Below, one piece after another: positions 8,976 to 16,700 of a stretch of 31,037 bases of DNA (its first letter is position 1; each line of letters begins with the position of its first letter). Location of the stretch: contig DATACE010000235.1 in the NCBI GenBank assembly GCA_036259215.1, positions 1 to 31,037 on the forward strand, read 5' to 3'. Origin of the DNA: Burkholderiales bacterium. Its GTDB lineage: Bacteria; Pseudomonadota; Gammaproteobacteria; Burkholderiales; SG8-39. A model generated the notes under the pieces. It was not told the DNA's origin. It worked only from the letters and a program-made list of their open reading frames with translations, and did not search any database. The position numbers and the translations under genes are program-made.

Positions 8976-9590
8976 ATGCCGCGTCAACTACCCCTCGACA
9001 TTTCGCCGGCTGCCGAGCCGACGTTCGGCAGCTTCATCGCCGGCGCCAACGCCGAAGTTCTGGCACGCGTGCGCGCGCTCGCCGAAGGGGCGCTGCAGGA
9101 GTCGATCGTCTACCTCTGGGGCGAACCGGGAAGCGGCCGCACCCACCTGCTGCGCGCCGCGGCCCGCGCGAATCCCGGGCTGGTGGTTGCCGACGATGTG
9201 GAGACGCTGGACAGCGCCGCCCAGCAGGCGCTGTTCGTCGCCATCAATGACGCGCGCGAGGGCCAGACGGCGGTGCTGGCGGCGGGGCGGTCGGCGCCCG
9301 CCGGCCTTGGCTTGCGCGAGGATCTCAGGACCCGCCTCGGCTGGGGGCTGGTCTACCAGCTCAAACCGCTCACCGATGCCGAGAAGGCTTTGCATTTGCG
9401 CGCCGAGGCGCATCGACGGGGCCTTCGGCTTACGGACGAGGTGGTCTGGTATCTGCTCCACCACCTTCCCCGGGACGTCGCCACCCTGAACGCGGTGCTG
9501 CAGATCCTCGACCGCCACTCGCTCGCGCGGCACCGGCCGATCACCCTGCCGCTGATCCGTGAGGCCTTGTCAGAAAAAAACGACGGGTAA
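8976..9590 (+). CDS. hda: DnaA regulatory inactivator Hda
   Basis: N-terminal clamp-binding QLPLD, TF.SF..G.N, Walker-A-like [22 protein letters not shown], divergent from purM as is usual. Confidence 0.9.
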   Translation: MPRQLPLDISPAAEPTFGSFIAGANAEVLARVRALAEGALQESIVYLWGEPGSGRTHLLRAAARANPGLVVADDVETLDSAAQQALFVAINDAREGQTAVLAAGRSAPAGLGLREDLRTRLGWGLVYQLKPLTDAEKALHLRAEAHRRGLRLTDEVVWYLLHHLPRDVATLNAVLQILDRHSLARHRPITLPLIREALSEKNDG

Positions 9591-9670
9591 AAACAACAGC
9601 GGCGGATTCGTGCCTCGACAGGCCCGGTCCCCGGCATTAGATTCGAGCTTCAATAACCGGAGGTCGCGCA

Positions 9671-10090
9671 ATGCCATCCCGGATTTTTCGGCAGTTCGCC
9701 CTGATTGCGGCGCTTGCGGTGGCCCTGCCCGTGCTCGCGCAGTCCGGCCTGCGCGTGCCCGAGCGGGGCGAGCCCGGGCTGGACCCGGCTTTCGCCCGTG
9801 GCTGGCTGGCGCCGGACTTCGACCGCTTCGGCTTCGCGAGCACGCACTGGAAGGATGTTGCGGGATTCGCGCCAAGCCAGCGCATGGACTGGTCCTACAC
9901 CTTCGGCAACCGCCATAGCCTCGGGCTGTCACTCGGGGCCGTGCGCGAATACGAGTACGAGCGCCAGTTCTCCCTCTACGGGCGCTACTGGTTCGCGCAC
10001 GATTGGGCAGTGAGCGCGGAAGCCATTTCGCGCGAAACTTCGGGTCTGCGACTGCAGGACTTCCGCATCGGGGTGCAACGCAGCTTCTGA
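9671..10090 (+). CDS. Hypothetical secreted protein with amphipathic beta-strands and C-terminal Phe (outer-membrane-protein-like)
   Basis: Sec signal (RIFRQFALIAALAVALPVLA|Q), GGAGG SD, alternating strands (MDWSYTF, SLGLSLG, FSLYGRYWF, WAVSAEA, FRIGVQRSF). Confidence 0.6.
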   Translation: MPSRIFRQFALIAALAVALPVLAQSGLRVPERGEPGLDPAFARGWLAPDFDRFGFASTHWKDVAGFAPSQRMDWSYTFGNRHSLGLSLGAVREYEYERQFSLYGRYWFAHDWAVSAEAISRETSGLRLQDFRIGVQRSF

Positions 10091-10109
10091 CGTTACACTC
10101 GGGCGCTTC

Positions 10110-10775
10110 ATGCGCCTGGCTCTGTTCGACCTCGACAACACCCTGCTCGCCGGCGACAGCGACTACGAATGGGGCCAGTTCCTCGTCGACCGGGGGATAC
10201 TGGAACGCGACACGTACGAGGCGCAGAACCGCGCCTATTTCGAGCAGTACGTAGCGGGCACTCTGGACATCCACGAGTACCTGGGCTTCGCGCTGCGCCC
10301 GCTCGCGCAGCACCCGCCGCAGGACCTCGCCCGTTGGCATGCCGACTTCATGCAAAGCCGCATCCTGCCCATGATAAGTGCCGCGGCACGCGCGCTGGTG
10401 CGCCGCCATCGGCATCGGGGCGACCTGTGCGCCGTCATCACCGCGACCAACAGCTTCGTCACCGCGCCGATCGCGGCCGAATTCGGCGTTTCGGAGCTGC
10501 TCGCCACCGAGCCCGAAAAGCACGGCGGCCGCTTTACGGGACGGGTCGCGGGGACCCCCTGCTTCCGTGAAGGAAAAGTGCACCGGCTGGAGCAGTGGCT
10601 TCGCGCGCAGGGACGGGCGTTAGGCGATTTCCGGGAGAGCGCTTTCTACAGCGACTCCCACAATGACCTGCCGCTGCTGGAGCGCGTTACCCGGCCGGTG
10701 GCGGTAGATCCGGACGAGCAGCTGCTGAAGATCGCGCGGCAGCGCAATTGGGAAGTGCTTTCCCTGCGCAGGTAG
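10110..10775 (+). CDS. HAD-IB family hydrolase (SerB-like phosphatase)
   Basis: LALFDLDNTLL motif I, ITATNSFVT motif II, EGKV, FYSDSHNDLPLLE..VAVDPD motif IV. Confidence 0.93.
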   Translation: MRLALFDLDNTLLAGDSDYEWGQFLVDRGILERDTYEAQNRAYFEQYVAGTLDIHEYLGFALRPLAQHPPQDLARWHADFMQSRILPMISAAARALVRRHRHRGDLCAVITATNSFVTAPIAAEFGVSELLATEPEKHGGRFTGRVAGTPCFREGKVHRLEQWLRAQGRALGDFRESAFYSDSHNDLPLLERVTRPVAVDPDEQLLKIARQRNWEVLSLRR

Positions 10776-10789
10776 AATCCCGGCCCTTA

Positions 10790-12115
10790 ATGATCAAGAG
10801 GTTCATCCGGCGAGTCCTCGGGCTGCCTAACGAAGGGGCGTTGCGCGTGCCACGCGAACGGCACGGCTTGTCGCGGGACGCCATCACCCCCGCCGCCGCC
10901 AAGGTTTGCGGCGCCCTGCGCGAGGCGGGTTTTTCCGCCTACGTGGTGGGCGGCGCGGTGCGCGACCTGCTCCTCGGTATTGCGCCCAAGGACTTCGATA
11001 TCGCGACCGACGCGCGCCCCGAGCAGATCAAGCCTTTGTTCCGCCGCGCGCTGATTATCGGGCGGCGCTTTCGCCTGGTGCACGTGCTCATGGGGCCGGA
11101 AACCGTCGAAGTTTCCACCTTTCGCGCCGCGGATACCGAGACCGCGGAGAAAGACGAGCACGGCCGCGTGCTGCGCGACAACGTGTTCGGCACTATCGAA
11201 GAGGACGCGAGGCGGCGCGATTTTACGGTGAACGCCCTGTACTTCGACCCCGCCAACGAAGAGGTGGTGGATTTCCACGGCGGCCTCGCGGATCTCAAGA
11301 AGCGCACGCTGCGTGTGATCGGCGAGCCGGAAATCCGTTACCGCGAAGACCCGGTCAGGATGCTGCGCGCGGTGCGCCTCGCGGCCAAGCTGGGCCTGAC
11401 ACTGGATGCTGCCACGCGCGCCCCCATCCGGGGCATGGCGCCGCTAATGGAACGCGTGCCGCCGGCTCGCCTGTTCGACGAGATGCTTAAGCTGCTGCTT
11501 TCAGGCCATGCCAGCGCCTGCCTGCGCCAGCTGCGGGACGTGGGGCTGCACAAAGGGCTGCTGCCGCTGCTCGACGTGATTCTCGAGCAGCCGCTGGGCG
11601 AGCGCTTCGTCACCCTGGCCCTCGCGCAGACCGACGAGCGCGTGCTCGCCGAGCGGCCGGTGTCGCCCGCCTTCCTGTTTGCTGCGCTGCTGTGGCACGA
11701 GGTCCTGGCGGCGTCGAAAGCACGGCAGGCGCGCGGCGAGCGTCCCATCATGGCGCTTGAGCATGCGATGGACGAGGTGATGGATACGCAATGCGCGAAG
11801 CTCGCCATCACCCGCAAGCTTACGGCGACGATGCGCGAAGTATGGTCAATGCAGCCGCGTTTCGAGCAACGCTCCGGCACCCGTCCTTTCCGCCTGCTGG
11901 AATCGCCGCGCTTTCGCATGGCCTACGATTTCCTCGCGCTGCGCGCGGCGAGTGGCGAAGTTCCAGCCGACATGGAGGAATGGTGGCGGGCCTTCCAGGG
12001 CGCGGACCCGGAGGCGCGCAAGGCCATGTTGCTGCCCGAGACCGGGCCACGCAAGCGCCGCCGGCGCCGGCGCAAGAAGCCGCAGCCGGCCTCGGCCGCG
12101 CCCGGAGGGGCGTGA
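10790..12115 (+). CDS. pcnB: Poly(A) polymerase I
   Basis: VGGAVRDLLLG..PKDFDIAT, IIGRRFRLVHV (PAP signature), RRDFTVNAL, EDPVRMLRAVR, Arg-rich C-tail. Confidence 0.96.
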   Translation: MIKRFIRRVLGLPNEGALRVPRERHGLSRDAITPAAAKVCGALREAGFSAYVVGGAVRDLLLGIAPKDFDIATDARPEQIKPLFRRALIIGRRFRLVHVLMGPETVEVSTFRAADTETAEKDEHGRVLRDNVFGTIEEDARRRDFTVNALYFDPANEEVVDFHGGLADLKKRTLRVIGEPEIRYREDPVRMLRAVRLAAKLGLTLDAATRAPIRGMAPLMERVPPARLFDEMLKLLLSGHASACLRQLRDVGLHKGLLPLLDVILEQPLGERFVTLALAQTDERVLAERPVSPAFLFAALLWHEVLAASKARQARGERPIMALEHAMDEVMDTQCAKLAITRKLTATMREVWSMQPRFEQRSGTRPFRLLESPRFRMAYDFLALRAASGEVPADMEEWWRAFQGADPEARKAMLLPETGPRKRRRRRRKKPQPASAAPGGA

Positions 12116-12591
12116 CGCAGGCGTATGTCGGGCTCGGTGCAAACCTCGGCGAGCCGCGCCGCCAGGTGGAGGCGGCCCTGAGCGAGCTCGACGCCCTCCC
12201 TCGCACCCGGTTAAAGAAACGCTCGTCGCTGTATCGCTCCGCGCCCGTGGGATACCCTGGGCAGCCCGATTACGTGAATGCCGTGGCCGAGCTGGAAACC
12301 GGCCTTGGTCCGCACGAGCTGCTCGGCGCGCTGCAGGAAATCGAGCTGCGCCACGGCCGCAGCCGCAGTTTTGCCAACGCCCCGCGCACGCTGGATCTCG
12401 ATATCCTGCTCTTCGGTGACACGGTCGTTTCACAAGCCGGGCTGACGATCCCCCACCCGCGCATGCACGAGCGCGCCTTCGTGCTGCGGCCACTGCTCGA
12501 GGTCGCGCCGCGTGCCCAGATCCCCGGCAAGGGCACGGCGGCAGAGCTGCTCGGCGCGTGTGCGGGGCAAAGCGTCGAAAGGCTGCCTTGA
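12112..12591 (+). CDS. folK: 2-amino-4-hydroxy-6-hydroxymethyldihydropteridine pyrophosphokinase
   Basis: AYVGLGANLG, SSLYRSAP, YVNAVA, PRTLDLDIL, IPHPRMHERAFVLRPL; GTG start overlapping the pcnB stop. Confidence 0.96.
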   Translation: MTQAYVGLGANLGEPRRQVEAALSELDALPRTRLKKRSSLYRSAPVGYPGQPDYVNAVAELETGLGPHELLGALQEIELRHGRSRSFANAPRTLDLDILLFGDTVVSQAGLTIPHPRMHERAFVLRPLLEVAPRAQIPGKGTAAELLGACAGQSVERLP

Positions 12592-12930
12592 TGCAACCCT
12601 CTCCGGTGCTGACCTCGATAGGGCTGCTGGCACTGTCGAACGTCTTCATGACGTTCGCCTGGTACGCGCACTTGAAAAACTTTTCGGCCAAGCCGTGGTG
12701 GATCGCGGCGCTGGCCAGCTGGGGCATCGCGCTTTTCGAGTATTTGCTCCAGGTGCCCGCCAACCGCATTGGCTATACCGTGCTATCACTGCCGCAGCTC
12801 AAGATCTTGCAGGAGGCGATCACGCTGGTGGTATTCGTGCCCTTCGCCCTGCTCTACATGAAGCAGCCGCTCAGGCTGGACTACCTTTGGGCTTCGCTGT
12901 GCATCATGGGAGCGGTGTACTTCATTTTCC

Positions 12931-12938
<8 letters not shown>
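12591..12938 (+). CDS. DUF486 / DMT family small membrane protein
   Basis: SNVFMTFAWYAHLK, SWGIALFEYLLQVPANRIG, QLKILQEAITL motifs. Confidence 0.88.
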
Positions 12939-14363
<1,425 letters not shown>

Positions 14364-14373
14364 TACTTAGGTT

Positions 14374-14610
14374 CTAGCCCGGGTATGGCTCGAACGTCAT
14401 TGCTTCGACCGGGAAGCCAAGCGCCTGGGCCAGCTTGTCCATCGCGTCGTCGGTGAGCTGCAGTGGCTGGAATTCCGCGTCGGCGCCCTTGGAAGTGATG
14501 AACGCCTTGGCCGCGTCCTCCGTATTCCATGTGACCACGGGATCGGGCGTCACGCCGGGTACCTGCCGGCAGATCGGAAAGCCATCGGACTTGTAGACGA
14601 TCGCGTACAT
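14374..14610 (-). CDS. Small acidic hypothetical protein (78 aa), divergent from rpfF
   Basis: Clean codon usage, AAGGGG SD before the ATG, protein-like composition; no family recognised. Confidence 0.7.
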   Translation of the reverse strand: MYAIVYKSDGFPICRQVPGVTPDPVVTWNTEDAAKAFITSKGADAEFQPLQLTDDAMDKLAQALGFPVEAMTFEPYPG

Positions 14611-14705
14611 GGAATCCCCTTGCCGGAGGAATTTACCCCATGTGGCGCTGCGGCAACAAGGCGAGCGGCACCCGGAAAAGGCACTTTCCTCAGGGACTCC
14701 CTGAT

Positions 14706-14721
14706 TGCCACATTAGTCACG
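14706..14721. promoter_or_regulatory. Possible CRP/Clp-family site in the rpfF upstream region
   Basis: TGCCA-N6-TCACG matches 7/10 positions of TGTGA-N6-TCACA; adjacent palindrome CAGGGA-C-TCCCTG at 14691-14703. Confidence 0.25.
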
Positions 14722-14833
14722 GCTCGATCTAATTCTTACGGGAGGTACCGGGACCGCCGCTCCCAACGCACGTCCCGGACCGAGGACCAGCCCCCCACCC
14801 ACGGGGCGAACCTTTCTGGGGAAGGAGCAACAC

Positions 14834-15781
14834 ATGAGCAATCTGCGCGACGCGATGGGCCTGTGCATTCCGTATGGCAGGGAATACTCGCAATACGAAA
14901 CCGAGTTCGAGCCGGCCACCGGCACCGTCTGGGGCTACTTCAATCCTAAGGAAGGCGCGCCCTGCTACAGCCTGAGCCTGCTCAAGGACATCCTCGAGCA
15001 CGACCAGCAGCTGATGGCGAACAAGGGCCAGGTGGAGTTCGACGGCATGCTGCACCGGGTGAACTACTACGTCACGGCGTCGCGCACTCGCGGCGTGTTC
15101 AACGTGGGAGGCGATCTGGCGCTGTTCTCGATGCTCATCAAGACACAGGATCGCGAGGCGCTCGCGCAGTACGCCAAGCTGTGCATCGACAACATCTATC
15201 CGCGCACGCAAAGCTTCTTCAGCCCGACGCTCACCAAGATCGTGCTGGTCCAGGGCGACGCGCTCGGCGGCGGCTTCGAATGCGCGCTCGCCTCCGACGT
15301 TATCGTTGCAGAGGAAAGCGCGCAAATGGGTCTGCCCGAAATTCTGTTCAATCTGTTCCCCGGCATGGGCGCGTGCAGCCTGCTTGCGCGGCGCATCGGC
15401 ATCCGCGCGGCCGAGGAGCTGATCCTGTCGGGCAAGATCCTCACGGCGGCCGAGCTGCACAAGATGGGCGTGGTGGATGTGCTGGCGACCGACGGCCAGG
15501 GCGAGACTGCGGTGCGCAACTGGATCGCCAAGAACGCCAAGCGGCGAAACGGCATGCAGGCGGTGTTCCGTGCCCGCCAGTTCATCCACCCGGTGACGCG
15601 TGCAGAGCTCGACGGCATCGTCGAGCTCTGGGTCGACGCGGCGCTGCGCCTGGGCGAGCGCGACCTGAAGATGATGAACCGGCTGGTGCGCGCGCAGATG
15701 AAACGCATGGGTACTGCAAATCACCACGAGGGCACGGAGCACCTGCCCCAGGCGCTGCCCGAGTCCTGCGTCGCGGCATGA
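14834..15781 (+). CDS. rpfF: DSF synthase (crotonase/enoyl-CoA hydratase fold)
   Basis: VFNVGGDLALF, GDALGGGFE and MGLPEILFNLFPGMGA (both catalytic Glu present), ELDGIVELWVDAALRL C-terminal helix; AAGGAG SD; context with rpfC/rpfG. Confidence 0.92.
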   Translation: MSNLRDAMGLCIPYGREYSQYETEFEPATGTVWGYFNPKEGAPCYSLSLLKDILEHDQQLMANKGQVEFDGMLHRVNYYVTASRTRGVFNVGGDLALFSMLIKTQDREALAQYAKLCIDNIYPRTQSFFSPTLTKIVLVQGDALGGGFECALASDVIVAEESAQMGLPEILFNLFPGMGACSLLARRIGIRAAEELILSGKILTAAELHKMGVVDVLATDGQGETAVRNWIAKNAKRRNGMQAVFRARQFIHPVTRAELDGIVELWVDAALRLGERDLKMMNRLVRAQMKRMGTANHHEGTEHLPQALPESCVAA

Positions 15782-15786
15782 AGATG

Positions 15787-16689
15787 CTAGAGAAGCTGCG
15801 CGAGCAGGCGTGGCCATAGCGCCGTGCCCGCATTGCGTCCGAAGAAGCCGAAATGGCCGATCCGCTCGACTTGGGCGTCGGCCGGTGTGAGCTCGAGGTG
15901 GCGCAGCGGAAACAGCCTCGGGTAGTACGACAGCAGGCGCCGGGTGCCGGCGGCGGTGGCGAAAGCATCGTCGCTGATCGAAACCAGCAGCGCGGGACGC
16001 TGCAGGGCGGCGCAGCGGTCGAGCAGGGTCTGAACGCGTTCGAAGCCGGGCAAGTTCCCGGCGGGCCGGAGCTCCGGGGAGCGGCGCCCGGCCCATTGCA
16101 GGGCGACCTTCGCCGGTAGGTCCTCGCCGAGCCCCAGCCGGCGAGCCGGGAAGTAGCCCAGCAGCAGCGTCAACGCGGGCATCAGGCCGTGCCAGAGCGC
16201 CGTCATGGACACCCGGTAGCGCTTCATGTAATCGCCGCAGTAGCCGGTATGCGCGCCCACCAGCACCAGGCGCGCCTGCTCACCGGAGTTTTCTGCGCCG
16301 CCCACCAGCAGGCTGGCAAACGAGTGTGCGATTCCGGTGATCTCGGCCGCCGGAAAGCGGGCCCGCAGCCACGCGAGGGCCCCTGCCAGATCGTACTCGG
16401 CCCAGTCCTCAATCGAAGCGCGGAAACCGCGCAATGCGGCCGGGCGCGAATGGCCGATGCCGCGGTAGTCGTAGGTCAGCACCGGGAGCCCGGTGCCAGC
16501 GAGGTAGCGCGCGAAGCGGCGGTAGCGCACCGCGGGAATGCCCACGCCGCAGTGCACGAGCGCCACGCGGCTCGACGGCGCTGCACTGCGCGGCGTGAAC
16601 AGCGACGCGCCCAGCTCGTAGCCGTCGAGCGCGCGCAGACGCACCTGCGCGATGTCGCAAGGCTCGGAAACCAAGGGGCTCGTCACCAA
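15787..16689 (-). CDS. Alpha/beta hydrolase (COG4757-like) with Ser-Asp-His triad
   Basis: DGYELGA, GVG.PAVRYRRFA, LTYDYRGIGHS, nucleophile elbow AHSFA, RRLGLGEDLP, ISDDAFA (Asp), IGHFGFF (His). TTG/GTG start about 12 nt after the rpfC stop. Confidence 0.88.
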   Translation of the reverse strand: MVTSPLVSEPCDIAQVRLRALDGYELGASLFTPRSAAPSSRVALVHCGVGIPAVRYRRFARYLAGTGLPVLTYDYRGIGHSRPAALRGFRASIEDWAEYDLAGALAWLRARFPAAEITGIAHSFASLLVGGAENSGEQARLVLVGAHTGYCGDYMKRYRVSMTALWHGLMPALTLLLGYFPARRLGLGEDLPAKVALQWAGRRSPELRPAGNLPGFERVQTLLDRCAALQRPALLVSISDDAFATAAGTRRLLSYYPRLFPLRHLELTPADAQVERIGHFGFFGRNAGTALWPRLLAQLL

Positions 16690-16700
16690 CCCAGAATAAG

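Noticed and set aside
14621-14630. TGCCGGAGGA resembling the tRNA-Leu 3' region (TGCCGGAAGA) as a possible att repeat
   Set aside because: Only 9/10 nt, GC-rich, lacks the T-arm/CCA portion, and there is no integrase; within chance expectation.
14620-14949. 109-aa ORF spanning the rpfF upstream region
   Set aside because: Low-quality composition, overlaps rpfF out of frame, no SD; treated as non-coding regulatory DNA.
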